This document shows positions 28,394 to 50,279 of a stretch of 64,000 bases of DNA, piece by piece. This DNA is from Fimbriosthenelais zetlandica (taxonomy: Eukaryota): positions 19,220,001 to 19,284,000 of the forward strand of contig OZ365116.1 in NCBI GenBank assembly GCA_977030845.1, read 5' to 3'. The notes under the pieces are model-generated. The model worked only from the letters and a program-made list of their open reading frames with translations. It searched no databases and was not told where the DNA came from. A program made the position numbers and the translations under genes. Position 1 is the first letter of the stretch, and each line of letters begins with the position of its first letter.

Positions 28394-28466
28394 CATTCAG
28401 AAATATAAGTGAGGAAATATGAAATATTTGGCCTGTAATTATTGGAAATAGAAAACTGGTTAGTAG

Positions 28467-28550
28467 TTCACCTCCCGACCACTGGGTCGGCTGGCGCTAA
28501 CTTACGGGCTAATGTTAATTCACCTCCCGGCCACTGGTTAGCATGGCGCT
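28467..28550. repeat. Imperfect direct repeat, two copies, period 52 bp
   Basis: TTCACCTCCCGACCACTGGGTCGGCTGGCGCT (28467) versus TTCACCTCCCGGCCACTGGTTAGCATGGCGCT (28519). Confidence 0.8.
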
Positions 28551-28931
28551 CACTGACAGTCCCTTTCCTAGCCTACAATCTAGCCTACTTTAGAACCAAT
28601 TAATTAATCAAACAAATCTTAAATTCAACCTTAAAAAAGGGTTTTAGGCTTAGAGCTAAACTAAAGCAGAAAACCAAATGAACTCCTTGTCCCAAGCCAA
28701 GGAGAGGAGCAAAGATCTGTCTGATCAGCATCTATAGTGGTTACTTTAATTATTCCATTGTTCCACGTTGTACAATGGCATAATAAAGTAACCAAGATAC
28801 CACTGGGTATCGTCAAAGATACTAGTAGTATCGTTGGTGTCGTGCAGCTTGGGCTGTTTCGTGGATACTTCCCCCATGGATACTTTCCACTGTCCCACTG
28901 TCTATGGCGCGACGCTTTGCTAGGTTTCATG

Positions 28932-28973
28932 GTTGCCATGGAACGGTACCTGGTGGAAACATCCAAGATGGCG
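28932..28973 (+). promoter_or_regulatory. Putative promoter motifs of gene D: RFX X-box-like site and YY1-like site
   Basis: GTTGCCATGGAAC (28932-28944; strong left half-site, imperfect right half) and CAAGATGGCG (28964-28973) lie in a CpG-richer patch 130-170 bp upstream of the first in-frame ATG of gene D. Confidence 0.35.
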
Positions 28974-29102
28974 TGCGGATAACATTTACCGCGCGGACTT
29001 TCGGAAATTTATTATCTTGCAGCGAGATTATGGCAGGCCCGACCGTACGGGATGTATTTTTCTTGGTGACAAAACTGGGTAGGCTCCCCATGGCATAGGG
29101 CG

Positions 29103-30987
29103 ATGGTGGGAGTAGAGATGCAGGTATACCCCCGGGAAGGGGCGGGGGCAGCTGGAGGCTACAGTAACTCACTGGCCATCATGCCGCACGTGAAATCGCG
29201 TGGTGTTCCACGGATGAAAGTTGATTCCGATGACTCACCTTTGAATGATATTATAAAATGGAAAGAAATGTACCAAAACCGATTCTTCAATCCTCAAGGC
29301 AGAATTATCACAGGTAAGTTGCTTTCATAATCCATTTTTCATTCAAATACTTGTCTTAGATTCTTTTGCCGTTTCATTGCCACCAGCCATGGCATTAGCT
29401 TGATTGGGTCATTCAGTAGTAAAACTAAAACTTAAAAGTAGTATGATTCAGTCTTGGCATTTTAATATAGGCCCTACTATATAATAATGTTTTGTGCTAT
29501 ATTAAAACTTAAACCTGTAAATTCCATCACTAGCCCACAATATATTCATTAGGCCCGGGATTAAGCCCCTATACTATAGTATAGGCCATACATGTCATTT
29601 GTGTGTTGACCTAGCTCCCTTTTGAAGGCCTGTAGATCAATAGATTCTAGTTTGTTTTGTGTGGGCCTTTTTTTAACCGTTACTCGGTTAACTTCCACCT
29701 CTTTGTGTGCGCTGTTAACCAAGGAGTGCAGACAATTATTAATATTGACATTGGTCTCAGATATGGACTCATAGGTCATAGTCAACCACTCAAGTTGAGT
29801 CTCAATGATTCGCATAAAATGACATAGCCATAGGATATTATACCAAGTAGGCTAGAGATCTATGTTTAGAAAACTGTTTAGAAAATGAAATATATTTAAA
29901 ACTGGCCTTTCGGAATCATCATAGATATTAGCAGGCCAGACTTGTTGACATAATATTATTTATTTTCTCACAGGTGAGGATGTGAGTGAGGTCTTGGCCT
30001 ACCAAGATAATAACATTGGATCTCCATTTTCTGGCCTGGACAACACCCATCATCACCAACTGAAAACTAAACTTCGTCCTCGACACTTCCCTCCTATCAA
30101 CCAAAGAGCTCACGCCCACAAAATCTCCCTCGATCTCAACAGAGTCGTGCCTCCTAGAATCATTGCCAGGAAAAAGTCATCATCCCTGGAGAAATTAATC
30201 CCGAGTAAAAAAGAGAGCTGTGAACTCCCTAAAAATGACAGTGAACCAGAATGTGACATATTGACCTCTTCACCAGATGTCATTTCATCCCCAATCATGA
30301 AGAAATCACCCATCTCATCAACACACACTTCAAAACATTCAATAGACTCATATTATTTTGAGGACGTTGATCTTCCCAGTGATGATCATCTGGATGTAGG
30401 GTGTAGGTTAGTTACTGATCACCGTCCATTGAGACGATACAGGCTTAGACTGCCACCTGTTGGTAAACCTGTAAAGCGCTGTAATATTGACGGTGCTCAG
30501 GTGGACGCCTGGTGCCCCTGGAACTATGTCACATACGAGGACGATGCTCCATTTACTCCTAACTCATTCTATGTTCATAATTACCCTCTACTTCTAATGA
30601 GGATCCCCAAGAGATCAGAGGTGAGAATATCCAATATGTTTTAAACTATGCAAATCAATGATATTACTTCTGAGGTTTGGTATTCCCAATATTAATTTAT
30701 TTTTTAACTTTTAAATTCTACCAAATTGGATGAGGGTATATATCATTATGAATTGAAGCAGAGAGCTTATAAATATAAATTGTATGGAGACTCGTTGATT
30801 GAAGTGTTGTATATTTATATACGTTTTCTTGTAGGATGAGCAGGAGACAGATAATTCGTGGCGACCCGTGTCCTCTACGCCTGACGTGGACCTCAGTTAT
30901 TTTGATCGTCTGCCGACTCGTGAACTCTCCTGGGATTCTTTCTCTGATTCTACTGAATCTGACACGGAGGCGAGCAGCAAGGAATGA
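29103..30987 (+). CDS. Gene D: uncharacterised Ser/Pro/Asp-rich, probably disordered protein (310-336 aa, 3 coding exons)
   Basis: Exons 29103 (or ATG 29181)..29313 | 29974..30620 | 30835..30987. Splice sites CAG/GTAAGT, TATTTTCTCACAG, GAG/GTGAGA and TTTTCTTGTAG are phase-consistent (1, 0). Exon 2 coincides with the longest track ORF (220 aa). Stop TGA at 30985. No domain recognised; start codon uncertain. Confidence 0.6.
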
Positions 30988-33900
30988 TTGCTATAGAGTG
31001 ATTCCCCCACCAAGGAAAATCCATTTACTTAAACTTTTAATTGCGAACCTCATCAAGATGGAAGCCTCTTAACTTAATTATAGTGGTTATTTCTATGTCA
31101 TCTCAAATGACATGGATTTGCAAATTGTTAGGAACAATTTCTGAGATTTTCCCAATCCGCTCAATTCTCTAGAATTAAACTACAATCCGAAGTGGTTTTT
31201 TATCCCATTTATTTCGTATTTTGACTTTAATTTGCATCATTTTATTTTTCGTACCGCGTAGCCTATGTATAATAAGTTAGGCCTATTTAACTATATATAG
31301 GCTTACATCCACGCAGATCTATGTTTAGCTGTCATCATTCTATAATTGAGATGGCATCTTTCTCGAAGCTATTAAAGCAATTGCTAAAATGAGTTGTCAT
31401 CCAAAATTCTAATTGCTCTGAAATTAATGTCTCCGCCCATGGAAGATGTTCTCTCATGCCAATAATAATCTGGAATTATGTAATTCCCTCTGTTCACAAA
31501 GTGCTGTGAATTGCCTTTAATTGGATGAACGCTATTAGTATTCTTTATTACTATTTCATTATTCTTTATATACATGGTGTATATCAAATTGCAAAGGGGG
31601 AATCCTGGCTATATGATTAATTATTGGTATGGTCAGGTCATAAAGGAAGACTCGTTCATATTGTACAGTCGTTCATCCTCTATATACAGGCCCGCCCAGT
31701 GGAAGGTCTCTGGGAACATATAGCTCTACAAAGAGCCTGTTACTTATATCGCCTACATATACTGACCATTTTAAACATTCTGACCAGCAAATGGCTTCAC
31801 TCCTACGCTCTCACACTGCACCTCCAGATAGCGTGTATAAAGCCCATCAAAAAGTAATTTTTACAAAACTGGGATTTGCATATATAGGAGTTGCTTATAG
31901 GACCCTTCCTATAAATCACCCGGCAGCTTCGGGTTTATTTTGGGTGTATTTGAGATGAAAAAAGGAATGGAAATCGACTTCTCTCTTGTGGCTCTGTATA
32001 TTCTATTTATACCAGAGATGTATGGCCATCTTCCACTGGGGGAAGGTATATGGTTGTCTTCGACCGATAAGAGAAAGTTATTCTTGCTTTCTTGTGTTGT
32101 TCAGTGGTGGAATGACAAAGCAATGATACTTATAATGGAAAGCGCTCTTCCGTGTAACGAACTTGGTTGTCTTCTTATAGGCATTGTGTGGGAGGCCAAG
32201 AATGAAATGGTAAATAACCCTGACAGTATGACATGTAATATAGATAATCTGCATGCAGAAGACACAGAAACCTGTAAGGATTTGTGTTCTGAGTACATGT
32301 CTTGTCTTGTGCAGGTCTCAGTACATTCTTAAATTAACAGGGCCTTGTTTTATTGAGGCTCGAGATCCAATGTTTATAGATACAATATACTGTCTCTGTA
32401 TATTTGTAATCTGCACTGATCCTCACTGTCTCAAAATCTCAGACCTGTGTCCTGTTCTCAATCAGCGAACAACCATGCAGGAAATTCGATTTTAAATGAT
32501 TGTCCCGTGCTACCTTCGGTTTGTTCTTCATCATCATTGTGCCTTTATTCCCACCATATATTTTCCTTTACATGCATCTTCATTCTTTTATGACAGCCCT
32601 TTATAGTACCCCCTTCCTCGCTCACTTTGCCTGTTTTCCCAATGAATTCACTATAATAAATGGACGGATCTCACGCTATCAAAAAGCAATGTCTCAGATG
32701 TGTACCACACTCCCTTAAACATGGGACTTTTTGTTGTGAATCTTTGTTTCAAAGTCCCCTGCGCCATCCACATATATAAGGAATTTATAAACGTGGCCTA
32801 TATAAAAAGCCATCCGCCCGTTCTGGGTACAGTATATGGCGCTTTTGTATGGCGTTCCGATAAACTTGTGGGTCCCTGGTGGGCATAGAGGCGGCAAAAT
32901 GGCTGATATAGTTCCGTTTTCTTAGGATCAACATATTCTGGCAGACAATGACAAGTGACAGGGCTATAGCAGGCTTCTGATGAGTCCATAGTGGAAGCTA
33001 CACGCAAAGGGCGGGCCACATTATGTGAAAGAATACAGAGTGAAATGGTCCTCAGTGCTCTAATATAGTTCCAGGGTATAATTAAGAAATATGCATCTTC
33101 ATGGATATAGATGGCAGATGGCAGTGAAATGATATATTTCATACTACTGAACCCATAGAGGCTTTGTCACAATGCTCATTTGTTGGGAATCCTCAAAAAC
33201 TTATGAAACTGCCTTTGATCGATGAATACACTTTTTTTGATTCATGTAGATCCATCCTTCGAAAAATATTACTACTTCTATAGACAGTGTATCCATTGTT
33301 CAAAATGGACATGACAATCTCAAACCTTGCTTATACCAACTGTCTTTTATTGAATCTAATTGATTGGCATATTATACAGGAAATATCAGAAATTGTCCAC
33401 AGAGAGGTGTTTCTATATAATTCTCATAACCCCAGCCATTCGTTCACAATAAATACACGTATGAATAGGAAGAAAAGTAACGTCCTAGTTTTAACCCACA
33501 GAGGGATATTCTAGCAGTGTTATTTTCTCTTTCACAAAATATAATTGCTCTGAATATTTCGTATATTTGGAAATAATTAGTGGCCTATTGGTTTTGAATA
33601 TAAGAAACATAAAAATATGTCCAGAATGCTGTGGGAATATATATGCTATATTATGTGTTATATATTCCACATGCACAAGATATGCACCAACCTTGTTCTG
33701 CCCCGTTAGAGAAGGAGTTTAAATACACAGTGCCAGTTTGCACGCACTCAGTGGGGAACCATGCGGAGGTAATGCTTGGAGAGTAATGGGCGTGAGAAGT
33801 ATATGGAAATGGGAAATAGAGCCAGTGTTCACGTGCTCTCTAGCTTTACACAGGGTCCTTACTTCAACATTCAGAGCGGTGTAAGTGGTCAAATGTAAAA

Positions 33901-34479
33901 CTAACACTGTCTTGTCCTCTTTCATCCCACCCGTGTCTGATCTCTGTATGGAGGTGGTGGTCTTGTATAAGGAAGGAGAGAGTGGGAAACATTTCACCTC
34001 GTCTAATGTGTGCTCCTCTGTCTTTAGCAAACAAATTAGCTGACTGGTAGTCATCACTACTTGTGCATCAAAGTATCAAAATGAGATCAGATTCAAGTTA
34101 ATGATGAAGGAGTGAAGATATATGGTCCACCATATTTCCCTGCATCATTGTAGCTCATTTATTACACTCCATTTTTGTCCTAACTTACTATGGTCCTTGT
34201 AAATTCTTGTAAATCACGGATTTCATAAAAGAACTTTACTGTATAATACACTCAATGAAAGAATCAATCATTGTTACTATAATCTGGCCACTTACTTGAG
34301 GAAAATACATTTGTATTATTCAATTACTCAATTAATATTTTTCAATTATTATTCAAAGACATGGAGGGCACGTGACACAAATATAAGCCTCTTCTTGAAA
34401 ATTTAAATTAAATATGATTGGTTTGGGCCTTGGTAATGATCATCAGTTTTGATCAGGTGAAAGTCATCTTTTAAATGAC

Positions 34480-41734
<7,255 letters not shown>

Positions 41735-44700
41735 TGTCTGAAACAAAATGAAAATGAGATGTATTAATCTATATGCCACTATATAACCGCACTAGATACT
41801 CTGCAGGTTAGAACTGAGCTTGTTGTAAAAGCTTACGTATATATAATACTATACCCTGTGGATTTCGTGATAAAGCATATGTTTCGGAAAAAAAGTTTAG
41901 CCACAACCTTTTATAACTTTTGCTCAATGCCATGCTCAGATTCATAATCTATTCAGCTCATAGAAAGACTTGCACTATTCTTCAGCTCTTGAAAGCCTTC
42001 ATCGTGTGATGCTGGATTGTGTAGACCATCTTATCTCCTATAGTCACCCTCAGGGGCTTCACTCATATTCCTTAAAAGCCGGGTCACCTTGACGTCTTCA
42101 CCAACCCACTCAGTCCCTCATACAGTGAGGCGCCAGTCAGGGGAAACATCCCACGTAATGACCTAGGGTTTCATGGAGCCCCGCAATGTAATAATACCCA
42201 AATACAGCTTCAATGAATATGTATTTTATCACTGTTGAAGTCCATTTATTGTACTCATGGGTGAAGGTGTTTGACCGCGTCACATTGACTGGTTCATAAC
42301 AGTTAATTATGTATGATATATCCAAAGCCTGGCTTTGAGCGCAATGAATTCAATACTTTAGTAAGGGCCACATTGCTGACTTCAGAGGGGCGACTATTGA
42401 ATGCGACCTCTGCAGGCTTTTGCTGTGAGACTTGGCTTTGCATGGTTGATGACAGGATTATACGCCAATAGAATCCTGTGGTCAGATCTTGATGTTATGG
42501 AAATCGATGCTCTCTGCTTACAGGGGCCAGATATTCATACCTAATGTGTTGCATGTTCACATGCATGCTCTATGCCCTGTGTCATTGATCAATGTCCCTC
42601 GCTTGATCTATGAAGTCCTCGCCTCTGGCATTCTTGCTTTGTGATCACAGGCATTTTTTTCAATGTATTTGGAACTTATTTGTCATATGAAGGTATTGAG
42701 AATTCCAAGACATTGCGAGTCATAAGCTGGGTTGGTTATAATACCTTCTTTAGATATATATACTAAAACACTGGCTCTAACTCAATAGTAAAAATATTTA
42801 ATTTTCCGCAACTGTGGAAGGCATCCAAAAACGAAATATTGCTTCCAACTCCTAGATAACCCATGGAAGTGTTTGCTTTGAACAAATAATGAATGATCAA
42901 GCTTGATGGCCTCTATCTAATATCTTTTTTTCATCTTGCAAGCCATGAATATTCCTACGCTCGCAGCTTGTCCTTATTGGAACCAGGCACGAAAATGAAT
43001 TTGATAATGTGACTGACAATTGCAATTACCAATTCCACGTTACTTGTCTAATTATAGTGTAATCTTTATTAATTCCTTCTAATATTAATAATGTAAGCAT
43101 GGTGGAGGGACTATGAAGGGAAGTGTTGGGATTAATCTTATACCATCAAGAGCTTCAGACTGATTAGTGAGTGATTAGTATTATTATTCTACCTGTCATA
43201 GGACAATACATGCATGTGTTTATCAAATCCATGAGTCAGCAGATTAGGGGTCTCATGTATAATACCTTTCACTGTCTCTGTAAATGCCGTCAATAGTAAT
43301 GTGTAATGCACAGATAATGTACACAATGATTGCCCATGGCATCTCCTTCTCATCAATGGTATGAGCCGCCCAGGCCGAGTCCAAACAAAGGCTGATTGAC
43401 AGCTCCTTCAATCACAGGCATTACCCGGGGGTTGCATCTCTCTCAATATCTCTTCATTTCCCTCACTTTCTACCCACCAACTTCTATATATGGACAGGCA
43501 TGAATTGGCAGTGTCACATGCCATTCATTAGTGCCAAATAATTAGTCACTTACATACATGAGCTATAGACAATTCACGATATTATTTCTCTTTTCACTTT
43601 CATATGAAGTGATGTACACATGAGACCATTGTAATTGTTTCATGGAGATCCCAATATCATGGCATTATGATATATTATGCCTATTATGATATAATGAATG
43701 GATCTTAAGGGGATTCATACCTTTAATGTGCCACATTAGCCTCCTGTTATACTATTATTCTGTTAGTGTTACACTATATTATTCTATAGTTAATTAAATA
43801 ATATTATGTACGGAATTCGAAATTTGAGTTGCTGTTGTGAAGGTGGACTAGCCTATGATTGTATACAATAGGAAAACGTTTCTATATATAACGAAATCTA
43901 CGTAATGGAAACCGTAAGACACCCAGGAGAGTGGCAAGGAAACGAAGCCTAAAAGTCTCATGCATGTATTCTTGCTTCTGAGTGCGACATAAAGGAATCC
44001 TTGAGTGCTAGCACATCCCCCGAAGAAGTATATCTCTAAGTCTATAGACACAGTCTTAAGTGTCATCGACATAACATTGAGTGTAAAATCAATGAGAGAT
44101 TTCTTGATGTCGTCGAGTAGTCAGTCGGCAGTCATGGTGAGGTGCGCTCGTGGCAGGGATATAGATAGCTCCAGGGTCAGAAGCCTTTGTAATGAAATCC
44201 CTACAAAGTACCTTGTGTAATCCCCACCTGGGCCCCCAGAAGACATCGTAAGCTCTCATCTCGTAATCTCAGGAATGCTTCCTCAATGACTTATGCTTTC
44301 CAAAAGGGAATTCCTGTTCTTTGAACCAAATTGATGTATTTACTCGGATTGCATCCTCTAGCTACATTTCACTCGGTCCTTGACGAGCATATATGTCTCT
44401 GAGCAGCTCGTTCAATCATGGACATAGCGACTGGCATCCTTCAGAAATATTAATGCTGTGGCTGTTATTTCCCATGCCAATCATTGCTTATGATGTTATG
44501 TATTTAATGCAGTATTCATCAACACCACTAAGGCTAGCCGGATAGCATTATAATGGCTAAGTGGTGACTCTGCCCCATTAGACTGAATAATCTGGATATA
44601 TATTAGTGGCCACCCACGCCTAAATTACTTGGATACCAGTAGTAGAGTTCTTCAGTTACTCCCCGATTCCATGATCCCCTACCCTGCCACCAATATATAC

Positions 44701-47700
44701 CATCCAATTTGTAACAATCGAGGGGAATTCCCTCCCAGTCTTGTACATTAGATCCTTTCATATAGTCTTATGCCTGGCAATAGATTCTGATAATGGCCAA
44801 TATTGCCCTGGTAGGACATTGACTTGCTCACATGGACTTGTCCTTTTTTCTGACTCTCTTCTCCGGCCATGTGAGGCAGGGTTATAATTTGTACCCTGAC
44901 CATTGCATTAGAAGAAGCACTAAGGTCTGACTTTATGCTATGGCTCTCTTCTGTACCTGCCAATTGCCTGTTGGACACACCCAGAACAAGTGGTCTCTTT
45001 GGGATCGGACACACCCCTAATTGCCAGGGCCACTTTGCAACCTTGTCCAGGTCCAGTCAATGCCTTTTGCTTCCTCAGAACCAAGCAGATAAATAGAGGG
45101 GACACATTTGTTGGCAACTCTGTGCGTGTGCTGGCATGTTTTCGTCCAACCTATGCCTTTGGCTGTGTCTTTCATTGGCACATTTCAGACTGGAATTGAG
45201 ATAATAATTTTCTTTCTATTATTTAAGAGCAAATGCCATTGTATTGTTGGAGTGTATAAGACCACCAAACGACCCCATTGATAGATGTTTAGAAAATCTA
45301 AAAGTAGGATATGTAGAAATAAAACATTCATGAAAAGATTAAAGGTGAAACTGGAAAGGGCAGTTCTTAGTGTACCGTATTGATTGTATGGATCCACTGT
45401 ACGGCCCTGTGAGTGCACGCAGAGATCTGCCGGACAGATCCGGTCGTTTGAAACACAATTAAACCTGCCCCGTTGCTGCTTAAGCGCGGAGGTGTCAGTA
45501 GTTGATAGCGTCCAGGGGAAGCTCTAATAAAGGCCAATAACCCTGGCCCAGCTGAGTCTTGATTGCCATGTAACCAGGAGGGACTTTTCTAGACTTGTGT
45601 CCCTAATAGGCTCTATCTGCTATGGTAATGAGTGATGTTCAACTTGACAAATGCTCACATGTGGAAAAGTTAAACATTAAGTTACATGTCACTTGATAAA
45701 TGGAGTGAAATTTAAATATGAAAAATGAAAGTCGAACTATTTCAAGCGTCCCTATAATGATGGATGATATAAAGTCTGCGTGAATTACTAACATTGAATC
45801 TATATCCTTGCTTTGAAACGAATTTCCTTCCTCCCCCTCCATATACAAACAGCCAAAGACACCGATCGACTTCATTTGTAGAAGTCTTTTATTTGTATGA
45901 GACTAGTTTGACAATATGTCTTCCTTCTCTTGGTAGTCACTTTGGGGATTCGTCGTGAGATATGTCTCACACTTCCTTCTGCCTCTTCCTTGCTACAGAA
46001 GATGTATAAGTGGCATGAACATCTAGCGGACATCCGATCTGATTAGACTGTTACTGGGTATGAATGAAGGGCCGATAAATCAATACCAGTAATGGTACCG
46101 ATCCTCCAAATGCATTTTCACATGGTTAGTAAAACCTCTATATATGTATGACCTTAATCTATACGGTTAGGTGGTAGTGGTGTCCGTGGAAAGCCTTTTT
46201 ATTTAAATAGATTGGCTCGGTCATCACTTAGATGGGAAACGTCCATTGCTCTCTTTTCTCAGCCACTGACTTACTCCCATGGCTCCACGTTTACCAATCT
46301 ATCTCAATCACATCTTATTCTGTATATTTCACATTGATATACCTAAATATGGTATATTCAGATCAGAAGCATATTTATATTGGCCTGGTCTGGATGGAGT
46401 TCTGTTGTGGCTGTGCCTGATATTATAAAAATGATATTCAATCCTGTACTTTATTGAACTTGGCCCTAATAGGAAACTGCTGCAGAAATATAAATTTGTC
46501 TAGTAGAGCTAAGTACATATTTGCTCATCGCTTGAAAACTGGCAGTCATCCACGTGTGTGGTGGGAAAATGATACTCTTCCCGTAAAAAACAAAATATAC
46601 CAATATCTGTTGGTGGAACTATTCCGTCTGCACTGTCACACTTTCCAACTTATTTTGCCCTCATGGCATGTAAGATCTCACTAAGGATTGCAACTTTTGG
46701 CGCAAGGAATTTTAATCATATAGTATTTCTTGAATCCTACCGAAAGATACAGATATTTGCAAATGATGATATTGTATAATTATTTCATAATTTGCCATGT
46801 AACTTTACTCGCTCATTCGTATAAAGGGATAAGCATAGAGGGTTACTAAAGGTCAAAAGTCCCATATTTTCATGGCTAAAGTATTACCTACATCATCCAA
46901 TCCACCCCACAATAATTTATATTTACTGTCTGAGCAATACTTACGTTCTTTTTGAACTGCTGCTCCCCTGTTTTCTTTTTGGTAAAAATCTTCCTTCGTT
47001 ATTTTCCTTCTATGCACTTTGACATGGGTCTAATTTTTATATAGGCCCACAAAGGGAAGGAGAGAGGTCACTTCAATGAATCAAAACCATATGCGCTTTT
47101 CACTATCCTTTCCTTAGTTTCCGCGTTTGGTGTATAATTTCTCTTCCTTGTTATGCCTTGCCCGCGCCCTTTTCACCTCCTTTCTCTCTATGCACTTTGT
47201 TGTTGCATATATACTTCCAGTATGATCGGTAGTAGCTAGCCTGTCCAACCTCTCCTGACCAAGTGAATTCCTTCCAGACTCCTTTTCGCAGGTGTGAGAG
47301 GGAGAGATGGTTAGCTTGGCCTTGCTGTGGTGGGTGGCGCTTGTAGATGGGCGCTGCTGACGCTTCTAAGCCATCTCATGACGCCGACGTGAAGTTTGTA
47401 GCAATGGGCACTGTGAGGTAGTCAGCCCACTGCCACAGAAATACGTTTTGGCACAGGAAAGGCTGTGGTCCATTCACTTTAACAAGTATTAGCTGCACAA
47501 GACTAACCATTTCCTAAGGGTGAATCTCTCTTATGAATCTCTCTTATAAAAACTTATCTTCTATGGCTGCAGACAAAGGCATTGAAAAAACAATATGTGT
47601 CGTTTTAAGTCAAAGAGAAAGCTTTGCTAAAGCCTGGGTGCATGGAAAAGTATTCTTGACTAAATACAAGCTACATTTGGCCGAGGACATCAGGCAATAT

Positions 47701-50279
47701 CTTTGTTCCTCTCTGCACAGTGTATGCTAGATGACGGTATAGAGATCTCTAGTTTTGAAAGCCTCATCCATGCAATTGCCAGCTCTTTGAATTGTTTAAT
47801 CAGGCATTGAGTTTTTTTCCAATGAAATATTCACGATCTTAAGTCTATGTCGCCAAAAGTAATAAGACTGTCTGGAAGGGCATGTTGTCAGGCAATTGCC
47901 TCCCTGCAGAATCACTGAGAGGATTACTTTATAATGCAAATACTCCAAGACAAGCCTCCGCTTGTACTGTCATAAGACACTCTCTACGCCCTACTCTACT
48001 GGTATAGCACTAATCACTAGGCATGATGTTCAGTTTTGTACGGAAAATTTTATTCATTTTAAAAGCTCATTTACTCATTTATTTTTGTTTGTAACATACT
48101 GATCTCTCATATATTATATACTTATCATAAATTACACTTCCCCAACAGACCCTCCCTTACTTAAAGTTCCCATGTGAAAAGATTCCAGCCTTTAACTTTA
48201 TCTTGAATGGTTTTGATTAGGTTCAAGCTGATGAGAAGCCTTCAGTGTACAGAATTGACTCAAACTTGTCTCTCACTGTTTACAGAGGTGGGCCGTCCCC
48301 ATGTCACGACAGTCTGTCAACATGTCCTACACAGAGTGGGAGGAATCATATACACTCCCAGTCTCCCATTCAATAAAAGACAAGCCAGCAAAATACATGT
48401 TGACATTCCCATTCCTATACGCTAATATATACATGTATACATGGACGTGATGCTGAGATTTCCCTCATACACAGACAATAGAATCCTTATAATATTGGAT
48501 TATTAATTGTAATCTCTGTGCAGTCCGTTGCTCCTTCTAAATTTGATACTGATTTGTAGTTAGGGTGATTCACATTTCCTGTTTTGTCAGTGTCCTCCTT
48601 GGAACTGCGTCTATAAATGTGAAGAGATGATTCACTTTATTTTTGTGGCTTAAAGTTAAATAATCATGGATCTCTCTGTCACCGTGTTTATAAGCTTGGT
48701 GAGGAGTGCCTGGCCATATGGACGATACATGTTCCGGCTTACAGACCACATGCTTAACTTCAGTTTGACTAAACTTTACCCAGGCATACGTTTTTTCTCT
48801 GTCATGCATTTACGTTGAATTATACCCCCCCCCTAACCCCACCCCCCGTTTTCTAGAAAAGAAACAAACATCTGACATATTTGACATATACCGGAAATAA
48901 TTTTACATAAAGGACCATTTCCATTGGGGGGATGGTGGTATTGTAGGTTATAATTGAATGAAAGTGATTGTTTGAACTTATAAGTCAAAGTGTGGTATAT
49001 TACTACTGATAAGTGAGTGGTGGGGCGTGTTTGTCTCTCACCTCTAGCACCTGTCGCTTCCTATATATATGAAGGGAATGTAAGGCACCGTACTCTTCTG
49101 CTTACAAATAAAAATATCATATTGCTGCAGGCCAAGGCAGGGTCCCTCTGCCACTCTATGCCACTAATACAACAGACGGAGTTACGAGAGCCGCACCCAA
49201 CCTTTTGCCCCATATCTTTACCCTAAATTTATGAAAGGCTGCAGCTGGGAGGATGCATGAAAGATGCCAGTGGGACCACATACCGCATGTACACGTGCAG
49301 ACATTTGTAATCCAGACAATGCAGGGTGCCGGATATTGTTGCCAAGTGAGAGCAATTGAGGAACGCTGACAATTCTATCCATTCAGACCAGTCAGTACAT
49401 TGAAGGCATTCATAATTGTGTCATTTATATTTGAATTGAGCCTATACACCCTAATAACAATAACGTTATTACCGAAGTGTTTGCTGCAGTCGATGACTAG
49501 TACTCTAGTGTGTATAATTTATGTAATTATTAATATGTAATGTAGAATTTCTCATTAGCTCACTATTCTGCATTGAATGTCCAACAGGATTCATAGAAAA
49601 ATCAGAAAAAATCGGCAGATTTTCGTCTCTTATTTTGTGGCAGATTTCTCAGGTTAAATTGCTCTGCTTTAGCGAGGATCAAGTGGTCTGTGTCCTATTT
49701 GAATCTTGACCCTGACAGTTTTCTGTAACACTTAACGTAAACTTCCCAGTCTCCCACACAAATGACAACCACACTTAGTGTCTGGTGTGCAGGCTCCTAA
49801 ACATAAAGAACCATTCATCATGTATGTCCCACATCCTGTGAGAAAATAATGGTCCTTATTAAATTAATGAATTATTCTATGTCGTGGTATTAGTTGGTTC
49901 TAACACATAATGAATAGTGTCGGACAAGGGTTAACAGTAAACAGTAAACAGTGGGGGTAAAATAGCAAACACATCTGACAGGGGATGTCTGGCAAGTTGA
50001 TGTCATTCCTTTTCCCTCCTCCCCAACCCCCATGACTTGGAAGGGAGTCCCCCCTCCCCTCACAACCTCCAGGAGAGAATTTTGAAGGCCCAGACAGGAG
50101 GAGGACCATCGGCCTGGGCACAGGGTGCCACACGACAACCAACTCCAGGCCTGTTGTCATAAAGCTCAGAGGCTTGGCCTCCCATCTCTGTATATATACA
50201 CATCCACAGCCCAAAATCCCTGTCACATTGCATTACACCTCCAGCGGAGAAATTACTGATTACAGACCCAACCATAGGA

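Noticed and set aside
32977-33020. CTGATGAGTCC-atagt-GGA, resembling the first half of a hammerhead ribozyme (Penelope-type)
   Set aside because: The essential GAAA core after stem II is absent (AGCTA instead) and stems I and III do not pair convincingly; at most a dead relic.
47100-47480. Minus-strand KRQQRPSTSAT…HTCEKE, similar to the C-terminus of RTE-type LINE ORF2
   Set aside because: The zinc-knuckle residues are incomplete and no RT motifs lie upstream.
41900-50200. Possibility that the FReP is nested in an intron of one long multi-protease (ovochymase/polyserase-like) gene
   Set aside because: Gene A has an in-frame TGA at 54452-54450 with no donor before it, and gene C has its own signal-peptide exon at 41734, so they are separate genes.
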